Notes: a model not told the origin generated them from the letters alone. 64,000 nt of DNA from Candidatus Bathyarchaeia archaeon (GCA_050013255.1 JBEKFP010000001.1:768001-832000), one strand, 5' to 3'. Shown: positions 28,544-38,952, counted from the first letter of the stretch. Program-made: numbers and translations.

Positions 28544-28935
28544 TTTGGCACGTCTAGAATTCTCTTGGCGAGATGAGCTGCGTTCTCAGCTGCGTCTATT
28601 CCAACGGCACAAACTGGAACGCCCCGCGGCATCTGGACGATGGACAAGAGCGAATCTAAACCTCCCAACGCCTTGTTCACCGGTACTCCGATCACAGGCC
28701 GCTCAGTCCGAGAGGCTATGTAACCCGGCAAGTGCGCTGCGAGACCGGCGATGGCTATGAAAACCTTAGCCCCACTTGATGCAATGTATTCGTCAAGTTC
28801 CTTGTGATTCCTGTGAGCGGACAGAATCTGAGTTTCATGGGTAACGCCGAGCGAATCGAGTGTTTCCTCAGCGCGTTTGGCGACATCCAGATCACTCTTG
28901 GAACCTATCACTATTGAAACCGCAGCGCCGGCCAT
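28540..28935 (-). CDS. purE: AIR carboxylase / N5-CAIR mutase
   Basis: 'GSKSDL', 'SAHR', 'AGLAAHLPG', '[11 protein letters not shown]'. Confidence 0.95.
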   Translation of the reverse strand: MAGAAVSIVIGSKSDLDVAKRAEETLDSLGVTHETQILSAHRNHKELDEYIASSGAKVFIAIAGLAAHLPGYIASRTERPVIGVPVNKALGGLDSLLSIVQMPRGVPVCAVGIDAAENAAHLAKRILDVPK

Positions 28936-28947
28936 GCTGATGACACC

Positions 28948-29700
28948 TCAAGTAGACGATTCGAGCAAACGCTCGTTTCTCAACCCGGCTTGATAATTAA
29001 TGAATGCTTCCTGCCTTCTATTCCACCGTTCCAGCCAACCCCCACTCAAATCAATCATCGCCTTTCCATCCCGGACGGCGATTCGTCCGTCGGTGTGAAG
29101 TTGGATCGCTTTAGGGTAAGTCCGGTGTTCTTGGATCAATATTCGCTCAGCTAGGGCTTCGGGCGTATCACCTGGTTCAACCGAGACGGCGCTCTGAAGA
29201 ATAATCGGGCCTCGATCCACGCTTTCGTCAACATAATGCACAGTGCACCCGGACTCCGTCTGGCCGGCGTCCAGCACAGCCGCGTGAACGTGCTTCCCAA
29301 ACATTCCAGCGCCGCCGAACCTCACCAAATCTTTCGCGGGGTGGATGTTCATTATTCGAAACCTGTACGCCTCCACAATTCTCGGGCCGAGGACCTGCAT
29401 GAAACCTGCCAGGGCAACAAGGTCAATTTGATGTTCCTTCAAAATCCCCACCGCCCTTTCGTCGAATTCATTCCGCGCCTTCTCTTTATCATGCTTGGAC
29501 GCGAATTTCCTACGGTACACTCCTTCAATGATGACGTTTGGGATTGAATCTTCTCTCGCGATCTGAACCACTGGCGCATTGGAATCATTCGTCACGAGCA
29601 AACTAACCTCAATATTTTGCAAAATACCAAGCCTTGCGTGATCTGCGATGGCTCTGAAGTTTGAGCCGCGTCCGGATGCGAAGACGGCTAGGTGTCTCAT
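28948..29700 (-). CDS. purN: Phosphoribosylglycinamide formyltransferase (folate-dependent)
   Basis: 'ASGRGSNF', 'LAGFM', 'NIHP', 'GCTVHYV', 'DRGPII', 'EH'. Confidence 0.93.
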   Translation of the reverse strand: MRHLAVFASGRGSNFRAIADHARLGILQNIEVSLLVTNDSNAPVVQIAREDSIPNVIIEGVYRRKFASKHDKEKARNEFDERAVGILKEHQIDLVALAGFMQVLGPRIVEAYRFRIMNIHPAKDLVRFGGAGMFGKHVHAAVLDAGQTESGCTVHYVDESVDRGPIILQSAVSVEPGDTPEALAERILIQEHRTYPKAIQLHTDGRIAVRDGKAMIDLSGGWLERWNRRQEAFINYQAGLRNERLLESST

Positions 29701-31088
29701 GCGATTCCCATGTCCAGCGCATTAACGATCGAAGGCGCTGCGCCGATGCCTTTTACATGTTCCATGCGTTTTCGAATCAGGTCCGCCGTCCCTATGTCGC
29801 GCCTGTGTCTTAATGCGCCTTGTACGTGACGTGTTGCTGTTTCGGCGATTTCTTCGGCGGCGATTAACGTGTCCGCAATTCCCAGAACGGCTATTGTCCT
29901 AGACGCTGTCGTGACTAGGTGACCATCCTTCAGGTCGACACTCGCGTAGAAGAAGCCTGCATTCTGTTCCACCATCGCTTTCTCGTCGACGCTGATAGGC
30001 TGCCCGGCGGCTGCGTTTTGCGGATATCCTGCTGGGACAATGTACTTGCAGACCGTGGCTTTTTCTTCGAAGGAGATGTTCTTGGGTTTCAATTTTCCCT
30101 CCGCTATTCGCTCACACACCCGCAAGAAGTTCGTTTCTTCCGAGAGTAAGGGTAGAACGTTCATGGCTTCTGGGTCGCCGAAGCGGCAATTGAATTCGAT
30201 AAGTTTCGGGGTTGGCTTTTCCTCGTGGAGGCTTCGGGCAAGCATGAATTGCGCGTACAACACTCCTCTGTAATCCTCCCCAGTCTCGTTCTTCAGAGCG
30301 TGAACAACGTCCGTCATAATCGTGCAGCTTGCTTCGTAGGTCTCCTGCGAAACGAAGGGTAGCAGGTGGTCACGGTCGCTGTAGCTTCCCATCCCGCCAG
30401 TGTTTGGCCCAGAATCATTCTCGTAAGCCCGCTTGTGGTCTTGAACGAGGGGCATTACGAGCACATTATGGCCGTCGACGAAAGCTTGGAGGGAATATTC
30501 TTCTCCGTCTAGGCGTTCTTCGACGACAAGTTTCTGGGAGCCACCAATCTTGTATCGGAGGATTTCTCTGGCGTATTCAATTTCAGCCTCCTTGCTCGGA
30601 AGGTCTACTCCGCTGACTTTGACTCCTTTCCCTCCCGTGAGCCCTGCTGGCTTAATGGCCACAGGCCCGAATGTTCTGAGGAAGCCTTCCGCTTCCTTAG
30701 GGTTGTTGAAAACACGATAGAGAGGGTTGCCGGATATTCCGTATTTGGTCAGAAGTTCCCGGCAGAAACCTTTGTCGCCCTCAATGGATGCAAGCCTCCG
30801 GGTCGGTCCCACACAGCTAACGCCGAGTTCGGTTAGGGCGTCAACTACTCCGTTGACGAGCGGTGCCTCTGGCCCAACGACGGCCAATTCGACTCCTGCC
30901 CGTTTCGCGTAGTCCGAAACTGCTCGTGGGTCGCTGATTTGTAGGAATGAGACGCCCTTAGAGAGTTTCATTATGCCCGGGTTGTGGGAATTCATTGCAG
31001 CATACAAGTCAACCTCGGCTGCTTTGGTGAGTGCTGAGGCTATGGCGTGTTCCCTAGCCCCGGATCCGACCAGCAGAACGTGGGTCAC
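29697..31088 (-). CDS. purD: Phosphoribosylamine--glycine ligase
   Basis: 'VGSGAREHA', 'GKGV', 'QDHKR', 'GPNTGGMGS', 'EFNCRFGDPE'; GTG start overlaps the purF stop. Confidence 0.95.
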   Translation of the reverse strand: MTHVLLVGSGAREHAIASALTKAAEVDLYAAMNSHNPGIMKLSKGVSFLQISDPRAVSDYAKRAGVELAVVGPEAPLVNGVVDALTELGVSCVGPTRRLASIEGDKGFCRELLTKYGISGNPLYRVFNNPKEAEGFLRTFGPVAIKPAGLTGGKGVKVSGVDLPSKEAEIEYAREILRYKIGGSQKLVVEERLDGEEYSLQAFVDGHNVLVMPLVQDHKRAYENDSGPNTGGMGSYSDRDHLLPFVSQETYEASCTIMTDVVHALKNETGEDYRGVLYAQFMLARSLHEEKPTPKLIEFNCRFGDPEAMNVLPLLSEETNFLRVCERIAEGKLKPKNISFEEKATVCKYIVPAGYPQNAAAGQPISVDEKAMVEQNAGFFYASVDLKDGHLVTTASRTIAVLGIADTLIAAEEIAETATRHVQGALRHRRDIGTADLIRKRMEHVKGIGAAPSIVNALDMGIA

Positions 31089-32545
31089 TGCTCCGTCTCC
31101 CAATACCTTACGTTCTGAGGCTTAACGCGCGTCTCGTCCGCGATTTTCTGGGCTAGGGGGGTCGGGTATACGCCTGTTAGGCATGCCAGACACGTCTCGT
31201 GTTTCGGGAATCCAATTGCACCTATCAGGCCATCTATAGTCTGGTAGCAGAGTTCATCAGCGCCTACGATTCGTCGGATCTCATCCACGGATCTTGCCGA
31301 GGCGATGAGTTCTGAGTGAGTTGGCATGTCGATTCCGTAGAAGCACGGTGATTTGATTGGTGGGCAGGTAACCCAGACTTCGACGCGGCTTGCGCCCGCT
31401 TCTTTGAGTAGGTTCACAATCTTCTTCATCGTGGTTCCGCGAACGATACTGTCGTCAACTAGGAGAACATTCTTGCCTTCCACGACCCTACGAACCGCGT
31501 TGAGCTTCAGTTGGACCGCGTTATCTCTGCCTTCTTGGTGGGGCATAATGAACGTCCTACCTACGTACCGGTTCTTGATCAGGCCTTCGAAGACTGGTAT
31601 GCCAGTCTCACGTGAGATTCCTTCTGCTGCAGGCCGCGCCGTGTCGGGGACTGGTACGATTACGTCTGCGTGAGTCTTGTATGTGTGCGCAAGGTTTCTG
31701 CCCAGTCTTACTCGGACCGAATACACGTCCTTGCCGTCGATCGTTGAATCGGGTCGGCTGAAATAAACATACTCGAACATGCAACGCGCGTGACTGGTCT
31801 GGGCCTTCAGTTCTCTTCTGATGAGCGTTTCGTTTTTCCTTGCAATGACAAGTTCTCCAGGTTTCACGTCCCAGTGGTCGCGTATGCCGTTTATGTCGAG
31901 GGCGACCGTTTCGGAGGCGAACATGAAGAGCCCGCCGTTTGCTCCGTAGCAGAGCGGCCGAAAACCTTCAGGATCTCTGAAGGCAATGAGCTCGCCGTTG
32001 CCTGTTAAAACGGCTGCCGTGTAGGCTCCTTCAAATTTGGCTACACAATTTCTGACGGCTCTCTCTATATCACCGCCGTCGGATAGTTCGTTGGCTAGAG
32101 TCTTGAGCATGACTTCGGCGTCGCAGGTCGCCGACAGGAATGTACCGTTCGAACGTAGCTCACTGCAAACTTCAGGAAAATTGACCAGGTTGCCGTTATG
32201 GCAGAGAGCAATGCCCCCCTTCGGGCGGTCTGAGAAGTATGGCTGTGCGAATTCCTCTAGCTTCTGAGGGTCAGCTAGGGTTTCTTCGTTTGCTGGCTGG
32301 CCCACGGTAGAATATCTAACGTGCCCAATCCCAATATTGCCTTTGAGATTTTCGAAGGCCTCAAAGTTTCCGACCAGCCCGGCTTGCTTTCGGTGGTAGA
32401 ATCTGTTCTTATCGAACGTGTAGACTCCACAAGCTTCTTGCCCCCGGTGCTGCAATGCCAAAAGGCCAAGCCAGATGTTACGAGTCACGTCGCCCACGTT
32501 GCTTATGGCTGCGACGACACCGCAACTTTCCCTTACTTCTGCCAA
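31085..32545 (-). CDS. purF: Amidophosphoribosyltransferase
   Basis: Propeptide then 'CGV', 'QHRGQE', 'GHVRYST', 'VDDSIVRGTT', Fe-S Cys 'CLAC'; TTG start at 32545. Confidence 0.95.
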   Translation of the reverse strand: MAEVRESCGVVAAISNVGDVTRNIWLGLLALQHRGQEACGVYTFDKNRFYHRKQAGLVGNFEAFENLKGNIGIGHVRYSTVGQPANEETLADPQKLEEFAQPYFSDRPKGGIALCHNGNLVNFPEVCSELRSNGTFLSATCDAEVMLKTLANELSDGGDIERAVRNCVAKFEGAYTAAVLTGNGELIAFRDPEGFRPLCYGANGGLFMFASETVALDINGIRDHWDVKPGELVIARKNETLIRRELKAQTSHARCMFEYVYFSRPDSTIDGKDVYSVRVRLGRNLAHTYKTHADVIVPVPDTARPAAEGISRETGIPVFEGLIKNRYVGRTFIMPHQEGRDNAVQLKLNAVRRVVEGKNVLLVDDSIVRGTTMKKIVNLLKEAGASRVEVWVTCPPIKSPCFYGIDMPTHSELIASARSVDEIRRIVGADELCYQTIDGLIGAIGFPKHETCLACLTGVYPTPLAQKIADETRVKPQNVRYWETEQ

Positions 32546-34731
32546 GGCTCCAAAATCCCTTGAATGGAGTTCACATAAGCCTCGTGGAGCGCTTGTATTT
32601 CGCAATCCAATTTGCTGGAGCTGAGAGTTAGGTGAAGTGTGGTCCCTCTAACTGCTCCTGCAACGGCAGCGGGAACGTTCGCGTTTGAAAGGGACTTCAG
32701 AACCTGAGATGGTTTGTTCGTCGTTAAGATGAACCTTGAGTTCGTTTCGGAGAACAGGAATTGGTCATCGCGCATCTTCTCAGCTGCTAGAAGTCTACAA
32801 TCAACGGTGGCACCCTTGCCACCTGCAACTGCCATTTCAGCAAGTGCGACGCCTAAACCGCCTTTCGAAATGTCGTGGCAGGCCGTTACCCAGCCGCGTC
32901 TAATGCATTCGAGAACAGCCTTGGTTGTATGAACCTCAACTTCGAAATTCAGGGCTGGCGGCGTGTTTCCCCTAAACCCTAGGGTGCGATAATACTCTGA
33001 ACCACCGAGCTCACACCTTGTTTCGCCGACTACGATTATTGCATCGCCATCCGGTCCGAACGCCATCTTCATTGTGTGCGCTGGCTTCTCGACTAGGCCA
33101 AGAACTGTAACGACTGGGGACGATTTTATCGCCGTCCCAGCCTCTTCATCTTGGTTGTAGAAACTCACCTTTCCGCCGACACATGGCAAGGAGGCTGCTC
33201 TCGCAAAGTCCGCAATCCCTTGAACCGCTCTAGCGAAGGCCCAGAAAATTTCTTCATTGTTCGGATCCCCGAACTGGCAATGGTCAAGGAAGGCTATCGG
33301 TTCGGCGCCAACGGCGACTACGTTGCGGCAACATTCCGCAAGAACACTAGCAGCGCCAACGTATGGGTCTAGGTCGCAGAACCGTGCGTTCCCATCGACT
33401 TTGATGGCTGCGCACTTTCCGTTAGGTAATTTCAAGACTGAAGCGTCTGCTTCACCAGGTTTGGCTACGGTCCTGATTCCAACTTCGTGGTCATATTGGC
33501 GGAAAACCCATTCTTTACTCGCAATTGTCGGCGAAGCGAGGAGGCGTAAGAGGACCGTTGCAATGTCATTTGGGCTTGCGGGTGTACCTTCAGGATTTCG
33601 GGCTGTTGGCATTCGAGTCTTTCTGCTGATTATTGGGGCATTTGCTAGGAAAGAGGTTGGAAGGTCTGCAATCACCTCTGCAGAACGAAGTACGATAATC
33701 CTGTTGGTTCCGGTAACCTCGCCGATCCGCGCCCAGCAAACACCATACTTTTCCATGATATCCTGTAGAATCAGATCTGCGTCAACCTTGACGACAAGAA
33801 GCATTCGCTCCTGTGATTCTGAAATCATTACTTCAATGGGGCTCATGTCGGTTTCGCGTACGGGCACTTCCTTCAGGTACACGTCAATGCCTGTGTGACC
33901 TTTGTCAGCTAGTTCGGAGAGGCCGGTAGCTAATCCGCCGCCGCCCAAGTCCTTGCAGCCCGTCAGTATTCTGGCTCGGTTTGCCTCCAGCGTCGCCTCA
34001 ATAATCAATTTCTTAGTGAAAGGGTCAGGGATCTGAACTGCCGACCTTTCTTGCTCAGAGCTAGCTGCGAGAGTTCTTGATGCAAAAGTTGACCCATGGA
34101 TTCCGTCTCGACCAGTGGAACCACCCACCAGATAGATGCTGTCGCCAGGGTGGGTTGCCTCGGCTAGAAGAATTTCTTCCTTTCTACCCAGCCCAAGGCA
34201 CGCCACGTCAACCAAACAGTTCCTCTCGAAGCATTCATCGAATTCGACTTCTCCTGCAACCGTTGGGACACCTATACAGTTTCCATAATCTGCGATTCCT
34301 CGTACCACGTTCTTCATGATCCACTTCGAGTGGTCGCTCTTGGTAATGTCACCGAATTTCAAAGCGTTCAGGAGGGCGATGGGCGTAGTTCCCATGCAGA
34401 GAATATCGCGAACGACGCCGCCTATTCCTGTCGCTGCCCCTCCGTACGGCTCGATTGCGCTCGGGTGGTTGTGGCTCTCGGTGTGCAGGGTGAGAACGTA
34501 GCCGTCGCCAATATCGACGACGCCCGAGTCATATCCCGGTCCGACCAAAACACTCCTTCCTGTTGTGGGGAGTTGGGCCAGAATAGTTTTCGATGATTTG
34601 TAGCTGCAGTGCTCGCTCCATTCAGCGTCAATCATGGCCCATTCGAGGCCATTCGGTTCACGACCGAGGTGTCGGCGGGCGTGCTCCATTTCCTCTGGCG
34701 TGAGCGTCGTTTCGACTTCGCCGACTAGCAT
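32533..34731 (-). CDS. purL: FGAM synthase subunit PurL
   Basis: 'WSEHCSYKSS', 'ESHNHPS', 'DLGGGG', 'SESQERM'. Confidence 0.95.
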   Translation of the reverse strand: MLVGEVETTLTPEEMEHARRHLGREPNGLEWAMIDAEWSEHCSYKSSKTILAQLPTTGRSVLVGPGYDSGVVDIGDGYVLTLHTESHNHPSAIEPYGGAATGIGGVVRDILCMGTTPIALLNALKFGDITKSDHSKWIMKNVVRGIADYGNCIGVPTVAGEVEFDECFERNCLVDVACLGLGRKEEILLAEATHPGDSIYLVGGSTGRDGIHGSTFASRTLAASSEQERSAVQIPDPFTKKLIIEATLEANRARILTGCKDLGGGGLATGLSELADKGHTGIDVYLKEVPVRETDMSPIEVMISESQERMLLVVKVDADLILQDIMEKYGVCWARIGEVTGTNRIIVLRSAEVIADLPTSFLANAPIISRKTRMPTARNPEGTPASPNDIATVLLRLLASPTIASKEWVFRQYDHEVGIRTVAKPGEADASVLKLPNGKCAAIKVDGNARFCDLDPYVGAASVLAECCRNVVAVGAEPIAFLDHCQFGDPNNEEIFWAFARAVQGIADFARAASLPCVGGKVSFYNQDEEAGTAIKSSPVVTVLGLVEKPAHTMKMAFGPDGDAIIVVGETRCELGGSEYYRTLGFRGNTPPALNFEVEVHTTKAVLECIRRGWVTACHDISKGGLGVALAEMAVAGGKGATVDCRLLAAEKMRDDQFLFSETNSRFILTTNKPSQVLKSLSNANVPAAVAGAVRGTTLHLTLSSSKLDCEIQALHEAYVNSIQGILEPWQK

Positions 34732-35393
34732 CTAACCCACTCCACCATCGACTGGAAAACCTTCAACCCATCCGTACCACCCAATGCATGGTCGCTTGCG
34801 CGCTCAGGGTGGGGCATCATACCAACAACGTTCCCACCTCTGTTTGAGACAGCAGCTATTCCCCGTGAAGTCCCTGTGGGGTTGTCGTCGGCATAGGACA
34901 TGACGATTCTGCCTTCAGCCGCTATCAGATCAAGAACGTTGTCCTCCGCGAAAAAGCGCCCTTCATTATGAGCGATTGGCATCTTAACGCAGGAAGTTTT
35001 GTCGAACGAGCAAGTGAACGCTGACCTGTTGTTTTCTAACTTTAGGTCCATCCATTTGCACACAAACTTGAGCGATGAATTTCTCAGCAGAGCTCCTTGC
35101 AGAAAGCCCGATTCGATTAGAATTTGGAAACCATTGCATATCCCCAAGACAGGTTTGCCGTCATCAACCATCTTCCGGACGATGTCGATTGCCGGCGAAT
35201 TGGCTGCGATAATGCCGGCTCTCAAATGGTCGCCGAAGCTAAAGCCGCCTGGGAGAATTGCGGCGTCGTATGACGAGTCTCTGAAATCTTCGTGCCAGAT
35301 GAGTCGCGCGTCAAGTCTTAGTACGTTCTTGAGAACGTGGACTGTGTCACGGTCACAATTGCTTCCTGGGAACTGAATGACCGCGACCTTCAT
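34725..35393 (-). CDS. purQ: FGAM synthase glutaminase subunit
   Basis: 'FPGSNCD', 'PGGFSFGD', 'GICNGFQ', 'MPHPER'. Confidence 0.95.
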   Translation of the reverse strand: MKVAVIQFPGSNCDRDTVHVLKNVLRLDARLIWHEDFRDSSYDAAILPGGFSFGDHLRAGIIAANSPAIDIVRKMVDDGKPVLGICNGFQILIESGFLQGALLRNSSLKFVCKWMDLKLENNRSAFTCSFDKTSCVKMPIAHNEGRFFAEDNVLDLIAAEGRIVMSYADDNPTGTSRGIAAVSNRGGNVVGMMPHPERASDHALGGTDGLKVFQSMVEWVRC

Positions 35394-35395
35394 GT

Positions 35396-35656
35396 CTAGG
35401 CACTAACTCTGATATTCACAGCGTGCGCGACTGGGTTGTAGAGTCTGAGCTCGTTGCACATTAGGAATGCTTTGTTTTTGGCGTCTTCTTCCTTTGAGGC
35501 CTCGACCTTGAGCACAAGAAGTTTGCCTGTGCGCACTTCCTTTACGAAGCGGAAGCCGCTCTTGTGAATGAGGTCACGAATTATTGTTTCTCCCTCTGGG
35601 TCTCGGGCCTGCGGTTTATTTGATATTATTACCTCAACGGAGAACGTTCGGTCCAC
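35396..35656 (-). CDS. purS: FGAM synthase subunit PurS
   Basis: 'KP..RDPEG', 'VRTGK', 'L.NPV'; lies between purC and purQ. Confidence 0.9.
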   Translation of the reverse strand: MDRTFSVEVIISNKPQARDPEGETIIRDLIHKSGFRFVKEVRTGKLLVLKVEASKEEDAKNKAFLMCNELRLYNPVAHAVNIRVSA

Positions 35657-36362
35657 CGCAGACCCTCCTTAATGGTTCGGCATACCCTAACTCGAAGACC
35701 TCTGGCAGGTCCTTGCGGAATCTGTCCTTATCCAGAATCTCTTTCGTTGTCTTATCCCAAAGCCTCCAAGAATCCGGGCTGAGTTCATCACCGATCATGA
35801 GTTGCCCTGCGGCGTCTCTCCCGAATTCAAGCTTGAAGTCAACTAGAATTGCAGCTCGTTTGTCAAAGAATTGTTCGAGCATGGCCGCTGCTTTCTGAGT
35901 GTTTCGTTTCACTCCCTCAATTTCTTCGTCGCTAGCCAGCTTGAGGAGTTTCAGATGCTGGTCCGTAAGCATCGGGTCGTGCAGCGAATCATCCTTTAGG
36001 TAGAACTCAACAGTTGGAAAAGACAGTTTCTCACCATTCTTGAAGTACTTTCCAATGCCAATGAAGTGGCCTGCGGCTCGAATTCTGCAAACAACTTCCA
36101 CCGGAATCATGTCCAGTTTCTTAACTAGAAGACTCACGTCGTCTAGCTGTTTGATGAAGTGGTTCGGTATTCCGTATTCGGTGAAGAGACTGTAAAGTCT
36201 CGCAGTGATAGCCGCGTTTACTTTTCCTTTGCCGGGAAGAACCTCGTGTTTCTTGCCGTCTCCTGCCGTTATGTCGTCACGAAAGGTCAGGACGACATAG
36301 CCAGGTTCTTCGGCAGGTGTAACGGTCTTCGTCTTGCCGCTTGAGAAAATCGATAAAGACAT
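35634..36362 (-). CDS. purC: SAICAR synthetase
   Basis: 'GKTK', 'FRDDITAGDG', 'IPVEVVCR', 'DFKLEFG', 'DELSPDSWRLWD', 'DKDRFR'. Confidence 0.95.
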   Translation of the reverse strand: MSLSIFSSGKTKTVTPAEEPGYVVLTFRDDITAGDGKKHEVLPGKGKVNAAITARLYSLFTEYGIPNHFIKQLDDVSLLVKKLDMIPVEVVCRIRAAGHFIGIGKYFKNGEKLSFPTVEFYLKDDSLHDPMLTDQHLKLLKLASDEEIEGVKRNTQKAAAMLEQFFDKRAAILVDFKLEFGRDAAGQLMIGDELSPDSWRLWDKTTKEILDKDRFRKDLPEVFELGYAEPLRRVCGGPNVLR

Positions 36363-36532
36363 GTCCTGTTAATTAGTGCCGTAGTGTAAAAGCGATTTTT
36401 GACATGATTGTGTCTCATTCCTGTTTTGTGTTCTGTTTGAGATTGACGGTCAGTCCGATTTTTGATGCCGCCGTGTAAACGCCCGCAGTTACGTGTTTCC
36501 AATGGTTGTGCGTCTTTCCATGTCTGGGTACC

Positions 36533-38125
36533 TTAATGTGCAAAGTGCCTGATGCCGGTGAACTGCATAGCCATCCCGAATTCGTCAGCGGCCTCTATGA
36601 CTTCAGTGTCCCGCATCGAACCGCCGGGTTGAATGATAGCGCATACTCCCGCTTCACCCATCAAGTCGACGGAGTCCCTGAATGGAAGGAAAGCATCCGA
36701 TGCCATAACTGTGCCCTTAACAGTTATCCGAGCTTCATGCGCTTTCATCAAAGCAATTTTACAGGAATCAACTCGGCTCATTTGTCCTGCCCCTACCCCA
36801 GCGAGTTGCTTCGTGGAGCAGAGGACTATGGCGTTCGACTTGACGTGCTTGACGACCTTCCAAGCAAACAGAAGAGCGTCTTTCTCGCTGGGCGTAGGCT
36901 GCCTTTTCGTCACAACTCTGAGGTTCTGCTCGTCAACTAACTGTTCGTTACTATCTTGGTATAAAATGCCGCCGTGAATCCTCTTGAAACTTTTCTCAGC
37001 CTCCGGCCGTTGCCGATCAGCGAACAGAATTTCGGATAGGTCTAGTATGCGCCGGTTCTTCTTTGCAGATAGAATCTTCAAGGCTTCACTGTCGAATCCT
37101 GGCGCCAAGACCAGTTCAACGAACTTATCGCTGAGAACGTTGGCCGTTTCAGCGTCAACCTGTCTTGTGAACGCGTAAACTCCGCCAAATGCTGAGACGG
37201 GATCAGTAGCCAAAGCCGTACGGCATGATTCTGCGAGGGTCTCATCTTTTCCTATGCCGCATGGATTCGTGTGTTTGATTATTATGGTTGCGACATTGTT
37301 GGCTAGTTCACTAATCAATCTGTAGCCGGCATCCGCGTCAAGTATGTTTGTGTAGCTGAGTTGTTTCTCTCCTGCCACCATAGGGGCTAAAGCAATACAG
37401 TTGCGAGCCTGCGAATCGCGGTAGACCGCAGCCTTCTGATGTGGGTTCTCTCCATAGCGCAAATCTTGAATTTTTTCGAAGTTCAGGAAAAGCCTTTCAG
37501 GTCCAGGCCAATCACTGCGAACGCCCGCATTCATCGCAACAGCACGAAAGAATGATGAAATAGCGGCGTCATAAGTGGCGGTGCGTTCGAAAGCCTTGAG
37601 CATCAACTTCAATCGAGTCTGCTCGGACAGATGGCCGTTGTTGGTCCTGAGCTCAGATAGGACCTCAGGGTAATCAGCTGGTTCAGTTACTACGGCAACA
37701 TTCTGATAGTTCTTCGCGGCTGCTCGAATCATCGTCGGGCCGCCTATGTCGATGTTCTCCAGGGCATTCGCAACATCAGTCGACTGTTGGGTGGCTCTTT
37801 CAAAAGGGTACAAGTTTATCACGGCCATATCAATTGGCTTGATTCCCAGTTTGCTGATGGTTGCGCGGTCACTTTCGTTACTCCGTCTGTAAAGCAGGCC
37901 AGCATGAATTTTCGGGTGCAAGCTCTTGACGCGGCCATCGAAGATTTCTGGAAATCCAGTGTACTCAGCAATCTCTTGAACAGCGATTCCTTTCTCGGTG
38001 AGAAGCTTTGCAGTTCCACCTGTTGACAGCAATTCAACCCCTAAATCTCGCAATGTTCTCGAAAAATCCACAATGCCCGTTTTGTCGTGAACGCTCACAA
38101 CCGCGGTCTTTATGCTCACAGCCAT
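36533..38125 (-). CDS. purH: Bifunctional AICAR transformylase / IMP cyclohydrolase
   Basis: 'SVHDKTG', 'STGGT', 'GRVKSLHP', 'DIGGP', 'RYGENPHQ', 'KHTNPCG', 'SDAF', 'QPGGS', 'RHFAH'. Confidence 0.95.
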   Translation of the reverse strand: MAVSIKTAVVSVHDKTGIVDFSRTLRDLGVELLSTGGTAKLLTEKGIAVQEIAEYTGFPEIFDGRVKSLHPKIHAGLLYRRSNESDRATISKLGIKPIDMAVINLYPFERATQQSTDVANALENIDIGGPTMIRAAAKNYQNVAVVTEPADYPEVLSELRTNNGHLSEQTRLKLMLKAFERTATYDAAISSFFRAVAMNAGVRSDWPGPERLFLNFEKIQDLRYGENPHQKAAVYRDSQARNCIALAPMVAGEKQLSYTNILDADAGYRLISELANNVATIIIKHTNPCGIGKDETLAESCRTALATDPVSAFGGVYAFTRQVDAETANVLSDKFVELVLAPGFDSEALKILSAKKNRRILDLSEILFADRQRPEAEKSFKRIHGGILYQDSNEQLVDEQNLRVVTKRQPTPSEKDALLFAWKVVKHVKSNAIVLCSTKQLAGVGAGQMSRVDSCKIALMKAHEARITVKGTVMASDAFLPFRDSVDLMGEAGVCAIIQPGGSMRDTEVIEAADEFGMAMQFTGIRHFAH

Positions 38126-38159
38126 TTCTCGTCCATGACATGAATCGTGGCTGTGAGAC

Positions 38160-38414
38160 TTATCTTTTCTCGAAGCGATAGGTTGTGACTGGCAGCTGGT
38201 CAACTGAACCATGCCGTTTCCCGGCTGTGGACCCGTAGAGCAACAGGAGCGCCCCTAGGAGTATTAGTGGAATCGCGAACAGGAGGTTCGGGTAGAGTAC
38301 AACATCCCGTGTCGGATCCTGCAACTCAACCATAAGCGGCATGGGAGCTACAGCAAGCGCCACCACAAGTGCAAGGAAACCAAGCAACATTCCGATCTTA
38401 TTCACGTTGCCCAC
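38160..38414 (-). CDS. Small 2-TM membrane protein
   Basis: Two hydrophobic segments. Confidence 0.55.
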   Translation of the reverse strand: MGNVNKIGMLLGFLALVVALAVAPMPLMVELQDPTRDVVLYPNLLFAIPLILLGALLLLYGSTAGKRHGSVDQLPVTTYRFEKR

Positions 38415-38434
38415 CCGTCGGTTTACTCATCCGT

Positions 38435-38884
38435 TCACCAAGCGTACCCGTACAACGCAACTAGTTCCGCAACCAAGCTTTCAGAAACTATCGCCTTGAT
38501 AGGTCTTTGCTCCTTCGTGGACAAGTTTTCAGCCATAACCCTTGACAATTGCGTTTCAGGCGAACCGTACATCGAAGGCTCAAGGGTAGATTGCAAAGCC
38601 TCCAACTGAACCTTCTGAGTAGGGTAGAGCATTTTCATTTCATAATCGTACCCCGTCAGCTCATCCTTGAAAACCGCACGGCTGCTCTCCGCGCCAGCCC
38701 CTTCAACAATCACATAACGGACCAGAAAGATTCGCTGGGGTGAATTGGCTGGATTACGGTCGGCGATGAGAAGCGGCTCCACTCCCCGCTCGTCCACGAA
38801 CAAGCGCTTGTGGAAGCTCTCGGAAATGCGGTAGACCAACGGCTCCATGTAGATTAACCCCTTCTGTAAGCGGAGATTTTTCAT
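38435..38884 (-). CDS. Hypothetical protein
   Basis: 149-aa ORF with protein-like composition; no recognised motif. Confidence 0.6.
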   Translation of the reverse strand: MKNLRLQKGLIYMEPLVYRISESFHKRLFVDERGVEPLLIADRNPANSPQRIFLVRYVIVEGAGAESSRAVFKDELTGYDYEMKMLYPTQKVQLEALQSTLEPSMYGSPETQLSRVMAENLSTKEQRPIKAIVSESLVAELVALYGYAW

Positions 38885-38952
38885 TGGCTAGTTGACGGCG
38901 ATAAAATATAACCATGAGATTGTAGGTTTGCTCGGCGAGATGCTTACCATTG

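Noticed and set aside
36363-36532. ZTP or purine riboswitch in the purH-purC spacer
   Set aside because: Only a partial 'cgtaactg' match; the 3' GCCUGGGC pseudoknot hairpin is absent
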